In this document: positions 26,237 to 39,485 of the stretch, piece by piece
Layout of the letters: each line of letters starts with the position of its first letter
How positions within the stretch are numbered: the first letter of the stretch is position 1
Source: Klebsormidium nitens
Taxonomy: Eukaryota > Plantae > Klebsormidiophyceae
Assembly (NCBI GenBank): GCA_000708835.1
Contig: DF236954.1
Span: forward strand, 422,052-486,051
Direction: 5' to 3'
DNA length: 64,000 nucleotides
Notes under the pieces: generated by a model
Seen by the model: the letters and a program-made list of their open reading frames with translations, nothing else
Told to the model about the DNA's origin: nothing
Databases searched by the model: none
Position numbers and translations under genes: made by a program

Positions 26237-26313
26237 TAGACTGAGCATACTAGCTGATCCATAGATGACTAGCTGATCCAGCTAGATTGAGCATACTATA
26301 GCTGATCCATAGA
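26237..26313. repeat. Short intergenic direct repeat, 46-bp period
   Basis: TAGACTGAGCATACTAGCTGATCCATAGA (26237-26265) resembles TAGATTGAGCATACTATAGCTGATCCATAGA (26283-26313). Confidence 0.75.
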
Positions 26314-27229
26314 AATCCATTGCACGCCTCCATAACGTGATGATATCGAACTATCCATCCACATGCGTGAGTCGATTGATTGATCCGGCCCAGCTGAGTT
26401 GCATATTGATCGATCGGATACTGCAGCGGCACAGATCAAATTCTTGTACATGATTCGTTCCGCGTGCCTATATGGAGAGGATGAGGGGCTAGCTTAGTAT
26501 GCGCATGTCGGCACGACTCAGAATCAAGCTCAGTGTGGCGCAGCCTGCAGCTAGGCGCAGCGCCAGTTAAACATAGCCGGTCGGATTACTAAGAGATCTC
26601 ATGCATCAGTCATTGCAACTGATCGTGATTAAATCCACAAATCAAGTAAGTTAGTCCACCATGCAAGGGATCGACGGGCAGGACAGCTCGACTTCCCTAA
26701 GTCTTTGCAACCACGGGGTCCAAGTCATATGCATCACATGCTTCGCACATTGCAGCCGAACATAGTTCCTGAAAGAGCACCGACGGCCCTTTAGTACAGT
26801 CAGGACGGATCAGAGTTAAAACATGAAGGCAGCAATCTCGCTAACCCCTAAGAATCTCCTTTAGAAGCGCGATCAATCATGTAAGCCATTCACTTCAAAG
26901 AGTGCGCATCCGCGACACAACGGTGGGCCCTCCAGGCTTAGCAATCACGATCTCGAATGCGCCATCCTAGCGCAGCCCTCTCAATCATCGCCCTGTCTTT
27001 CGCAAGCTCGCTTCTGACATGGCCAACTCTCAACTACTGACATCTTCCCTCTCCCCCAGGTCTCGTACGTCGAAAAAATGTCTTGCATCCTTCCTCTTCC
27101 CTTGATTTCGTTAACGAAGAGGGATCGTGCATCCTTTGCACAAGCGCCTCCCTCCATCACTCCCTTCGTCTCACACTCACTATCCGCCACAGCTCCCACG
27201 TTATTACTCACAAGCAAACCTCCGGTCTG

Positions 27230-30200
27230 CTACTTCCGTCCCTTGCCCTTTTTCTTGTTCTTGTTTCCGGCGGACGGTGGCGGGGTCGGCTTCGCGGCCG
27301 CGGCCGCCTTAGCCGGTTCGGGCGCCGACGATTCTGCGGCTGCAAAAGTGGCGTCCTTGGACGCGGCCCCCTGCGCCCCACGCACGTTGACCTCCTTCTT
27401 CTTGTTTCCTGCATTATGGAACAGGTCGCCGCTCGAGTTAGCTAAAGATATGGAATGGGGGTGGTTTTATTTCCAATGACTTCCTTCTTCCTGTTCCCTG
27501 CGGTATTGAAAGCAGCCGCTCTAGTTGTCCGAAGAGCAGAAGGAGGTCTGAACTTCTCGACATAACTTCTTGGGGTGTGGATCGGTCGCCGGACTCTTAT
27601 CCAGCTATACAGAAACGGGCAGATTGGAATTTCGTTCTTCTTGTTCCTTGCCGTGTCGAAACGCCGCCATCAATGACTTGTTCACTCACACAACAGGTGA
27701 GCAACGTAAAGGTCAAATGGAATGACCTCAAATTCTTTTTTACCAGGAGGTGAACTATCGGACGTCTGGGCAGCTGTCGGTAGATTAAGGCCACCCAGAT
27801 GTCCTTGTTATGCTGGTCTTACGAAACTTAAGAGCTTGAATTCGGCCAACTTTACACAGAACGAAGTGCACACCTTGAGACCATCAACGCAGACAGGCGT
27901 GCGCAACACGATAGGAGGAGCTTGTGTTGGAAGACGTGCCGCCTTCTTGCTTGTGCCGTTCGGACGAGCGACAACCATCCGTGAGTTTGAATTGCCCCAA
28001 ACAAGCGTCACAGTCAACCGAGCCTCTTCTTTCAGTCACTTCTTTTGATCAGGCTTCTCGTGTCTGCCTTTGACCATGATTTCGAAGGACAAAACCATGT
28101 CGTTCTCACTACAGGAAGGCAGAAGTTGCCCCGTTGCGTCTGTACGTACCAAGCCGACATCCGCTTCGACGAGACTGGAGTAGCAAACAAACTGCTGCAC
28201 CGACCTTCTGAAACGTCCTCTGACCAGCTAAAGGAGAGGACTGAGGAACAATCTGCGCAAGTCAGATGATTCAACCGGGCACTCACGCTTCTTGTTGCTC
28301 GCTCGTTCCCGCTTTGTCAGCCATCGTTCTGGGTCATACCAACCAAAATCCGCTTCACCGAAACTGAAGTAGCAAACAGACTCCTGCACCCGACCTTCTG
28401 AAACCTCCTCTGACCAGCTAAAGGAGAGGCCCGAACACTTTTCGGGATATCAGATGATTCAACCGGGCACTCACGCTTCTTGTTGCTCGCTCGTTCCCGC
28501 CGTGGCAGCCACCGTTCTGGGTCGGGGGGTGGCCCCGGGTTCGCCGGGTCGTACCCCTTCGGATACCGTACCTTCTTCTTCCGCTTCTTTTTCTTCCCTT
28601 CGAGGTCTGCACCGGCACGCTTTTGCCTACAGGAAGAAGAACAGACGGGTTCGGGGCTGTGCCGCAATGACAGTGTCAAGGAGCATTCTGCTCAGGCTCT
28701 CGGCTTGTCTGCTTTGAATATCCGGATCCGGTGATCTGATTCGATGAGACTACCGATTTCGAATTTAGCAGCCCAATGCTGAACGAACATTCTTAAAAGC
28801 CCTTTATCAATACGGCACATCTAAGGGTACTATAAACGGCCACCAACGTCGCATCTTGCAAAAGGATTGCTAATGTTTTGGCTGACGTTGAACAATCAAT
28901 AGGCAGCGACCATTGACGCTCAATTCAACTTTACCTATCAATCTTGGAAAATTTGACTACAGCTCATTCCGATCCACAGAACTGGCAGCCCCAGTAGGAA
29001 AATGCGTAGGGACACAATCTATTTAATCACTGTAAGCTGGGAACAACATTAGCGTCGCGTCTCTAATACTCTGGCAAGCAGGCCTCCCCAATCCACATGC
29101 ACGGAAGAAAGCTATAACCACTGGGCAAATAATGCCAAGATCCCGTGTGGTCAGAAAACCAAGCAGATCCCGTCGACATGAGCAAATTCTGATACACTCC
29201 TTCCCTTAAACCTTCTAACGCAGTCCCCTCCAGTCTCTGCACTCCTCCCCTTCTCCCTTTCCGTCCAGCGCAGGACCTCACATACACTTCTTTCATTAGC
29301 TTTCTTTTTTCCATGTTCGTTTTTCCAATTCAATTTCAGAGCCGAGGAAAGCTTGTGAGTCAGGTCAATTCACATTTCGTCCAACTTTGCCAACGCAGAT
29401 TCTCAACGGGTGCGATTTGAGCTCATGACCAACTTCTAATGCAATATGAACAGTCAAATCCAGAATACTCGTCGAGTGTAGCCCACTCACCCGACCGCCT
29501 CCCCGTCTCCCGCGCCCTTTCCCTTCTTCCCGGCTGCAGCCCCCGCCGGGGCGGCCGCACTCGACGTCCGCTCCAGACTGGCCGCGTCCAAACCCTGAAC
29601 GCCCGGCAGCGGCGGCAGCTCCCCTTCGTAACCTTCAAAAAAGCAGCGTGACCATTGTCAGTCCAAGGGTTGCACGCTTTGCGGCACGGGAAGGATCCGA
29701 GGCTCTTTGGAAGGGCAAAGACATGGATTATTGTCGCTGCAAACTCACACGCTTTGCGCTGGGGGGAAAGGTTCATGGCTCTTTGGAAAAGGAGACTCTC
29801 ACGTGGTACGGAGACGCGTTGAGAAGAGACGAGGTGATCCACGGAAACAACGGCAGGCTTTTCGTCCGACAAGGACTATGTCGAAGGATCCGTGAAGCTC
29901 TATGCGAGCAAAGCAACGGGGATTGTCCGTACAAACGGTAAAAGCAGACGGTGGGCACCCTGGAGCGGACCGATTGAGTTCAGGTGGGGCTGTCTCAGGA
30001 GGGAGACAACGGCGCCGTTGGCCGTCACCCAACAGATTCGTTGCTTTCACAGTCGACGCTTCGTTCAAGCACGTTCGTAAAACAGCATCTCGGTGCAAAG
30101 GACACTTCAGGAGACCGGCATGAGTCAAGTAGAGTATGAACCTTCCTCATGGAATGGACACAGTTGGCCTAAGTTACTAAAGTATTGAACTTTTCATTGA

Positions 30201-33200
30201 CAATCTACATTTAAGCTACTCTCAGCATAAATTGCTCGTGAACAATCTTTCATCACACGTCCCCGTTCGCCCTCGGTGTTAAGTTACTGAAGAGTTCAGA
30301 ACATTGTAGACGAAACGGTCGAAACTCACTTTCAGCAGCGGCAGGATCGAAGTGGGCTGTGCTCGCTACCAGACCCGTGATTGCGTCCGCTCGGACAGTT
30401 GGAATGGGGCTCCGGACAAGGCATTTGTACGTGTCGGCAGCGGACCGGTGCCTGCCGTTGCGCAGCTTGAAGTCTGCGGCCTCGCAGGTGAGCGTTTGCA
30501 CAATCTGAGCCGCGTCCACTTCGCCCTGTTGGAGAGGAAATACATTTTGAGCTTGGGCGTCTGCTTTGTCATTTTGATTCTTTTAACTTAGCGGATTGTT
30601 ACTTTGGGATTTTCGTTTTTAAGGTCCTGGGATACTAGGGTCTCCGCGATCTGGGCGACGTCCGTTTCGCCCTGTGCACGAGGGAGTGCATTTTTGGCTT
30701 GGGCGTCTGCTTGTCTTTCGGTACAAGAACGATCGCCCTGATTCCGGACGGGCAGGTCCAGAACTTGTATGGAACATGAGTAAGAGCTTACTGAGAACAC
30801 CAAGTCCCACCAGCTGACAGCGTCTCATATCGACACGCCTATCGGTCCAGATAGATAATAGCGTGTCGCACCAACCATAGCCTATGGCAGCAACCACAGC
30901 CTATCCGCCACTCACCATGTGCGAGTCCCACCAGCTGATTGCCGCATCAAGCGCCGCCTCTGCCCCGGTCACATCTCCTGACCGCTCGCGCAATGCAACT
31001 AGAGTGGCCACAGTGCCCGGTTGATGCTGGATGGAATCCACCGCCCCCAACACGTCCGCGGCTTTTCTGAAGTTTCCCGTGAGAGCCGCCGCTTGAGCTA
31101 ACACCAGCTGCGCTGCTATCGAGCCGCCCTCGCTCTTTTCCTTTTGTTCCTGCAAAAGAAAAACAAACACGTTGAGCAAGTTCACACAACAATGTCCAGT
31201 GGAACGAATGGAACGGGTTACAAGAAGGGTTAGCTTATTGAAGTTTCCGGCCAGGGCCGCCGCTTGGGCCAACACCAGCTGCGCTGCTACCGAGCCGCCC
31301 TCGCTCTTCTCCTTTTGTTCCTGCAATAATGTGTGCAAATATATCTGAGCAGACTAGCCGAGGATGTCCCGAGGAACGGATGAAAAGACGGGTTGGCTTC
31401 TCAGTCAGCGTCGCAGCTTGGGACAAGACCCGCTGCGCTGGAACTGAGCCCCCGTCGCTTTTCTCCATTTGTTCCTGCAGAGAGAAGATAAGCGTCAAGC
31501 TCTTTCCTTTGATTCTTGCAGACCAAGTAGCCAACATGTCAAGCAAGATCAGCCGGGAGCGATCTGGAAGAAACGGTTTCCAAGAACCGTGACGTTTGTC
31601 ATCTTGTAATCGTGGAAGTGGAAGTGGAGACGTCGACGGATCCGGCGAGGGGCAAAGATTTTGAAAAGTAGGCGACGAGAGGACGTGCCGGAATTTTCCA
31701 GTGCTCCTTTCCTCTCGTGCAGACAGTAAGCAAACAACCCAGCACAGTTTGAAGTGGCGGTAGGTGAGAATCAGCAAGCCGTCCGCCTTCTGGACCTTAC
31801 TTCTCCCGACGCACATCTGTACGATAAAGACATCGCCTCCACAAAGACAGATGAGAAACGTTCTAACAATGTAGACACCTTACACCTCAAGTTCTCGTAA
31901 GCAACTCGTCCGCCTGATTGCCCTTCTTCTCCCAACGCACATTTGCCCAGGGAGACTGACAACCCTCTGCTACTCCGCAGGTACAAATCAGAGAAGCCTG
32001 GCGCCAAAACGAACCCCAAAACCAAACACACCGTGAGCAGCTCCTCTGCCTGATCAGCCTTCTTCTCTTCACGCAGGTCGGTAAGAACAAACAAACCCGC
32101 CTCTGCTTCTCCGCAAACACAAAATGGAACTGCTCTACCATGGTAGAAACCTCCGCTCCTATCTATGAAAGCAAACAAACCCGCGCCCAACATAAAACTA
32201 TAAACAAAAACACCTGACTCAAAATTGAAATTCGAAATCAAACCCACCGTCAGCAGCTCTTCCGCCTGGTTCGCCTTCTTCTCCTGCAGCAGCAGTGCCG
32301 CGTGCAGCAGCGCGGGGGTGTCGTGGCCGGGGAAGGCCTCGTAGAGGGCGGGGACGAGCTCCCGCGCCTGGTCCAGCTTGTTGGAGTGGAGCAACAGCAG
32401 GAACCGGTTGAAAAACAGGGCCTCCTTCTGGCGCGGGCTCAGCTTGAGCGCGAGCGCGTCCGCAAAGCGGGGCTTGCCTGCGGCGTCCTTCTCAATCAGG
32501 CGGTCGAACCTGGGATCGGAAATCTAGTCAATGAATACGTGTTTCTATACGCTGTATCGATCTACCCTCGAGCAATTCGAGAGGGAAAGCGCTCAGTAGA
32601 TACATCTTTTCTGGTATTGATCTGATGTTGGTACGACGCTGATTTAGGACTCCGGTTGACTTGGAAGGAGAAGCGTTCTTTACGATGTTCCGGGCTGAAT
32701 GTGCTCGCAAAACGGGACTTGCCGACCGCGTCCGTCTCGATAAACAGGTCGAACCTGGAAGCAGCCACAGTGTGTAATCAAGTGATCGTTTTCAGGTGTT
32801 GACCTGGTGTCGATTATATGCTAAATAACTCCGGACATTCCAGAAGGAAAATCATTTCTGACGACGCTGAGGCGTGCTTTGTGTTCGCGGAACGGGGCTT
32901 CCCCACCGCGTTCTTCTCAAGAAGGGGCCGAATCTGGGAAAGGCGCGACGTTTAGTAGGTGGATTGGTCAGGCAATGGATTGCTCGAGAAACGAAGGAAA
33001 GAAGGATTTTCCTGGGAAACTACATACTTCTCGTACTGAACTTGACAGGGGGTCCACCGATTCCTCTCATGTGCTCCTGCCGCTGCCCCCGCCCCTGCCA
33101 TTCCGACAACCCGCCTATTTTGCGTCGCAACAATTGCGGCGCTTCATTCTTGTCGTCACCCAACATGCAGGAAAGAATGACGAAGTCCCTGCAAGCACCC

Positions 33201-35736
33201 AGACCAGCTACGATTTTCGGGTTCGCCCCGGCTTTGGTTTGATTGCACTTACCTTTTGAGCGAGTCGAAAAGGTCCTTCTTCCCCCGCAGCGTGATCAGG
33301 TTGTTGGACGCAACAGCAGCCGACGGCGCGTCCGACGGCCGCCGCTTGAGCACCCCGTGGTACCCCTCCATCGCCTCTTGTACCTTGCCCTGCACAGGTA
33401 CCGCTCAGACTGTCACCTTTCTGTAATTTTTTATCATGAATCGTCTGCCAAAAAATGTCGGGGTGTGACATATTTGTCGAAGATGGTTTGAGGAGATTAC
33501 TTTCATCATCTCCTGCGCCTTGCCCTGAAACAGGGACCGCATGACCCGAGAATCAGCATTTCACGATTGCCTGAGAACGACGCGCCGCTCTGACCTGCAG
33601 CTGTTGCCCATACGCCAACTGCTTTAGCGACCTCAGTTCGTCCTCCACTGGACTATTCTGAGCAACCTTCTCGTGACTCAGCTCCTGACCCAGCTCCAAC
33701 CAATCAACTCAAAATGTCCAAAGCACTTTTCTAAAAACCCTCAGGATTTTGCCCCCCCTCAAATCGCTGCAAAGAACAAACGCCGAACCCACCTGCAATT
33801 GTTGCACATACGCCAACTGCACCATCAGTGGCGTCAGCTCGTCCTCCACCTCCTCCTCCGGCAGCTCCTCCTCGATCAGCGTCTCCCGTCCGACCCTCTG
33901 CGCCAAAAGCAACAGCTCCTCGGCGCCCGGTAGATCCCCCCGGTCGATGCTCGCGCAGGCTGCGTTGTAGGCGAGGTCGAAGCTGTCGCGGGGGCGGATC
34001 TTGAGCCGGGTAACTAGGGCGGGGACTTCTTCCGACCGGCCCCCGGAGATGTACGCGGCGACGACGTTGGTCTTGACCTCGGGGGAGGCGGCCGGGGCGA
34101 TCTCGAGAAGCTTTTCATACCTGTGGGAAAAACAGTTGTTGAGATCTGGGATCTTGAGAAATATTAGGCTGTTTTCTTGAAGGCCGGTGCGACAGTGCGG
34201 AGTCCTGGAAACAATTCAGATCTTTCTGTTCACTCTGATATTTCGTGACGTTCTGATGACAAATGGCGACGAAATTGACAACGGGGGACACCAAAGAGGC
34301 AACCTAGGAAGGAGTCGATCCTGGTCGAAGGCGATGAACTGAGAGTTCCAGATTGTCGGGCTTTCGCGGGCTCTACTTTTTTTAAACAGTGGGAGGCTAC
34401 AGAAGATTGGTTGCTTGGAACAGGATGCATGCAGGAAGGAGGCGAGCGGGTCTGATAAGGCTGCGTGTGGGGGGCGTTTCGAAGGTCAAGACCAAAAGCA
34501 CGTAAGAGTCAGAGAACAAACATTCAGCTCGCTTAGAAAGGAATATCAATATTGAAGAGTAGAAGCCCCCAGATCGACCTTTGAAGGTTCAATCTCCAAG
34601 GTTGACATCCGGATGATCTCAAATGCTCCAGAAGTTTGAAATTCAGTGGCAGATGACTCACGTGCTGATGCACTGCAAGTGCTCCCCCATGCGATACAGC
34701 ACCTGCCCCAGCAGCTGCAGCACTGCCTCCGTCGGCTCCGCATTCTCGAGAACGGCGCGGGCCTCCGTCAGGTGGTTGTTACGGTACAGGCAGTATGCCT
34801 GCAACAACAAAACAGGTTGGATGACTAAGACCCGTCCTCGATTGCACATCATTCAGCACAGACCATAAACAGAATGCAGTGGGCAAGACTACTGTGGTCG
34901 ATCAGTCGCTGTTCAAACAATGCAATGCCACCCACCTTTTCAAGCAGAAGAGGGGCGCCAGGGTTTGCCTTCCCCTGGATAAGGGCGATGGCGGCAGCGA
35001 TCTCGCCTTGCTGGACCAGTGCAACCACCTTGGCGGCAAAAGCGTCCCGGTCACCGGGCGCCTTTGTGAGGACTGTTGGCAATTGAGTCAAGGGAGCGGA
35101 CCAGTATCAAATGAGATCCAAACCTTTCGAACGATTGCGCCGCACGAAGATGCTTCCGAAAAGAAGACCAGGACATGAGCGTGCCAATAGTCCGATCCAA
35201 TCTACATTGCCAACCTATCCGTGGTCACAACTTTCTGAGCAGTCTTGACAATCTGTAGTTGGCAACCATCGGACACCAAAGTCTGCAGCGCTAGAGCCAT
35301 AGCATTGGACAAAGACGCTGCAGAGCCATAGCATTGGACAAAATGCAGAAAAGTATACAGAATACTAACCGTGTAGCCATATTGTGGCTCTTTGAGACAA
35401 CAAGAGGGGAAGATACCCTCCGTATCATTACCAAGATATCAGTCACAGGAAGATCAGACAGAAGCAATCCAGATTTGACCTTCAAAGGAACAGCACCACC
35501 TTTTTTAATAAAGCTCTCCCAATGCTTTCCAGAAGACCATCTCAGACAAAGACCTACGGCGATATAATAGAAGCATTCCGCTGCTTGTAAAGGATACTCT
35601 CATCAGCTGCCTTCACGACACGCTTGAACTCGTTCTTCTTGACATGGCCATCCAGTTTCGTGTAGAGATCCTCCAACGTCGGCCCATCATCCCCCGGCGC
35701 CGCGGTGGCGGCCTTTTGTTTCCCCTTGGTTGCCAT
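27230..35736 (-). CDS. SRP72: Signal recognition particle subunit SRP72, about 680 aa. Exons 35598-35736, 34936-35072, 34662-34798, 33793-34120, 33253-33389, 32248-32509, 30916-31149, 30330-30525, 29491-29632, 28475-28626, 27230-27408.
   Basis: TPR-like N-terminus (KAYCLYR, DLAYNAAC, LMVQLAYVQQLQG). SRP72 RNA-binding signature KKKKRKKKVRYPKGYDPANPGPPPDPERWLPRRER. All junctions in phase. Confidence 0.95.
28159..28524 (-). repeat. About 188-bp tandem duplication spanning the SRP72 exon-10 donor
   Basis: 28159-28335 resembles 28348-28524. A 50-bp block containing the donor is identical (28263-28312 = 28451-28500). Confidence 0.92.
31075..31481 (-). repeat. Three tandem copies of the SRP72 exon-7 acceptor plus 5' coding end
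   Basis: Exon starts would be at 31149 (EQKEKSEGGSIAAQLVLAQAAALTGN), 31320 (EQKEKSEGGSVAAQLVLAQAAALAGN) and 31474 (EQMEKSDGGSVPAQRVLSQAATLT), each preceded by a CAG acceptor. Confidence 0.92.
35293..35342. repeat. 21-bp direct repeat in SRP72 intron 1
   Basis: AGAGCCATAGCATTGGACAAA at 35293-35313 and 35322-35342. Confidence 0.85.
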
Positions 35737-37369
35737 TCTGCCGAGCTACGCCCTCCCTTTATGCGTACGTGGCGACCTGTGCCATGCTTGATTACCAGAT
35801 TACCTATCCTAAATTGCAGCCACCCAGACCCCTAGTGAGCGTCAGGAAAGAATGTTCTCCCTCAATGCAACGTTCTCAGGACTCACGCAACACTCAAACA
35901 GGCCAGGTTGTGCGCGCGCAATTCTTTGCCGTCCGTCGGAGTGCGTGACGGAGGCAAACCCTTAGCATGAACCGATGCGGCCGCGCCGCGTCATGAAGCG
36001 GCCGGGCGGCCGCGCGGACACAGGCACTTAGCAAGCTTGCAAGCTTCATAGGTTCATAGGATCGTAGATTTAGCGCATCTGAAATCTGATTGTCTGATGA
36101 GCCTGGCTGCTTGGCCTTCAACTACGCCTGCTGGACCGCCTGACGCGGCGGTCGCATATGAGTTCTAGGGGAGGTCACGAGCGTTGTTTTGAGGGGGCGC
36201 CCCGGGGGCGCAATATTTTGCTTTCAAGGTTAATCATACTTCAGGGATATTACTGCATTCCCGAACTGATTCCGCGAAAACTGAAGTAAAGCTCACCGAT
36301 TTAGAGGTGAGGCAGTGTCCGAGCCCCTGCCGTCCCCCTGGTCCCCGCACGGTCCCCGTCCCTGGAAACTTCGCGACGAAATTCGCTGCTTTCATTCTTC
36401 GGGATGAAAGCAGCGCTTTTCGATATATGCTGCGCTTCGAAATCTATTATCTGGGACCGTCCGAGCAAAAACATGATGCAGGCCGTCGCAGCAACTCGTC
36501 GCAGGCTGGCAGTGACGAGAATTACAACACATGGGGACATGACAATCTGCCAGTGCCCCGATGCGTGGTCGCGACGAGCTAATCTGAACCGTTCAAGCAT
36601 TCTGGCTTGAGACGCGCCATATATAAGCTCGAGGATAATTACAAGAGATAAACTTCTGCAATATTTTTGCACTTTTGACAGCCGGGCAAAGCGGCATGCA
36701 ATCGAGTTCTGCTTGCATCAAGTATCGACACCTCATTGAGACGGCCAGATTGCATTGTACGATACTTCTCAATCAGTTTTCCCCTCGTTACTCAGCAAGG
36801 ACGCAGGCAGGTGGACACGGATCTGTGAATTCGTTCATTCAGTCGGACTCCCGCTTAACGTGAGGTTTACACGCAGGGCAGAACCGGATCAGTATAAGGT
36901 TTTACACCGCCGAAACTGCCACCTACATCTACACAATGGATCTTGACTTCGGCACAATACCCCATGACGGCTGTTGCACCGCTACTGAGTTTCCTTTTAT
37001 GGTTTCCGACCTAACTTACCCCATTACCAACTTACTTCAAGCTTTGAGTTCATACAGCATTTGTTGTGGCAGTGAAGCTAGTGTTGGCGTTACAAAGTGC
37101 GACAAGCCCGTGAAGAACCGAAACGTATACTTTAATGCAGCAGCACTCTGACTGCAAACAAAGGGGCAGAAAGGTCTCTTTTGATTCAGTGCAGGAGGCT
37201 ACTAGTATTAGTTCAGAACTGAGCGGCCAGCAAATCACACCCGAGGTGCAAACTCTAAGGCGGCTGGAACTGACAGCCAATCAGAGAGCTCAACACAGAG
37301 CTTTGCCATAAACTGTATCTCTTGTAAGTCCAGATTACGCATACCTACTGACGTCCAGTATCATCTTCA

Positions 37370-38567
37370 TCATCTGCCCTGATCATTTGAAGGAAGCGTT
37401 TCCCATGAAAGTAAGCGAATCATTGACCTTCGGATCAACGCCTGGTAAATATTCTCAAAACTCCACCTACTATCTTCGCCAATGATTTCGTATTCTCGGC
37501 CTGAAGTCTCAAGCTCGACGCTCCATTGACTTGGTGCAGTACTACTGTTTGTCGAATCTCCCGGGTCGTCCTTCGCAGGAGTTTCGGCTCTGCGATCTGT
37601 GGTGGCTTCAACGAAGAACCTGATTGTCTCTTCTTCTATAAAACGCTCTCTGGTAGGAACTAAGGTGCGCTCCCACGCGGAAAAAGAAGCACCCCCCTCC
37701 TTCTTGTTAGCATCGTCGACTTGCAAAACGTGAGCAAGGGGTCGATTGTCGCCAGCATACAACCTCCGCCAAAAAGAACGCATGCCTCCAGGAACATCGC
37801 CGGCTTGCTTGCCACACCTTCAGCATACGTCCCTCTCAAAGTCAACCTCAAGGCTATTTCTTTGTCTTTTTCGGAGTCGCTATGGACCAGCTGTAAGCCC
37901 GAAGATATGCTGCCAAAACTGATCCACACCACATATATGCAGGCGACGCCCGACGAGCGCCCCACGGAAGCGTGGCCAGATTCCGTGCATCTTCTGTGGC
38001 GGTTCCCCACAAGAGCAGTCGTCCCTCCAGCGTTCGTATCAGGAACAAAAAAGACATGTGAGATGATCTAGAGTCGTCTGCTAGGTCTTCGAGCTCCTTT
38101 CTCTTGATCATCCTTTCACCTTTGAGGATGTGGACATTCTGATCTTTCTCGGAAGCTATCTTTGCAGCCATCCTCTCTAGTGTTGCCATGCCATCATGTC
38201 TCTTCCCTGGAACTTGACCTTCAAAGAGCTTGACGGTCGGTTCCCTTGCCCAACGAGCTCGGACCAGATGCTTATATCCGCCAAATCGCCTCACTACCGT
38301 CTCAAGCTCCTCCGCTTGAGAGGTGTCTTGTGGCTCCTGCAAGCAGCCTTAAAAGGCCTGCCTCCACAGAGAAGGTTTGGAACATACGGCAGATTGAATA
38401 GTCTTACATGCACAGGAGACTGCTAGCAAGGAACAAGGGTCCTGCAGTGCAAGTTTGTTCAGAATAAGAGCAAGGAGCTCGTCTGGAAGTACTTGCAGTC
38501 CTCCATGAACTGCAGAACTGGATCTCTTGGAGGGCTCCAGGGCAGTGAGCTGGCGTGTAGGCTGCAT
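37370..38567 (-). pseudogene. Probable F-box protein pseudogene
   Basis: F-box motif LQVLPDELLALILNKLALQDPCSLLAVSCACK..LWRQAF is followed by an in-frame TAA (38349-38351). The same frame resumes (QEPQD..FGGYKHLVRARW..) to 37854. Protein-like sequence then continues in two further frames (ORFs 37660-38010 and 37370-37783), implying frameshifts. Confidence 0.55.
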
Positions 38568-39485
38568 CAGGGAGCTGGAAAGCGCCTTAATGATTCAAGG
38601 GCCTGCTCCCTTTCTCCTCAGGATTCCCGTCCCAAGGAGGTTGTGCCGCTTCACCGTTGAGATTGTAATCAATGGAACTCGCTTTGTTCAGGGAGCAGGC
38701 TAGGATCTAATTAGTCTTACAATCGGACCTTTCCACATGAACAAAACCAGCCGTACTAGAAGCAGTCAATCTGAATCGCTGGATAAGTGCCACGCGGCCG
38801 GCCTGCCGACGGTCCGACCAGCCAAGCAGGATCTGCCATCTGGCCGTCTGCCACGTGACGAGTACGGCACAATGCAAGGCGGCAGGAAGCGCGAATGCGC
38901 GCAATGATGCGTCCGCGCAAATAGGACCAGCTTAAGGGCAACGCAGGAGCCTCAAACCCTTCATGCGGTAAGATACAGGCCTCCAGCCACGCCCGACAGC
39001 GCGGCCAGCCAAATATAAGATAAACGGGAAAATGAGGGAAAATTGTACTCCTGTTGCCAGCGTGTCACGCAAGCACTCCTCCAATCCTCCAATTATTCAG
39101 CTAGGGCCGGTCACTTGTACCGTACACGTCCCACTGCACATGCGTTCATCTCAGTGCTTGCATGACGATGCCCACGGATCCCATCGGCCGGGCCAGCTGG
39201 CATACTAATCATGATCACACCCATGAGCCGCACCCCGACATGGACGGTTCAGAATTAAAAGCGGCGTAGCTACTGAGCCTGTTTGCACAACCATCCCGGC
39301 CAACGAGGATCACTTAAACAGTCGTCCTCAATATTGAACGCTTTTCAATATTCTCCGCAACACCTGTTCAAGGTCATGCCCGTGTTTCCGACTCGACTAA
39401 TGTACAGGTCTTGGCTATGTCGACTACGCTAAGAACTTGTGCCCATAACCTCGGCCATTGTGGAATGGGCGACAAGCAAAGACAA

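Noticed and set aside
36301-37280. Scattered 60-120-aa ORFs between SRP72 and the F-box pseudogene
   Set aside because: No recognisable motifs, splice-linked frames or exon-like codon bias.
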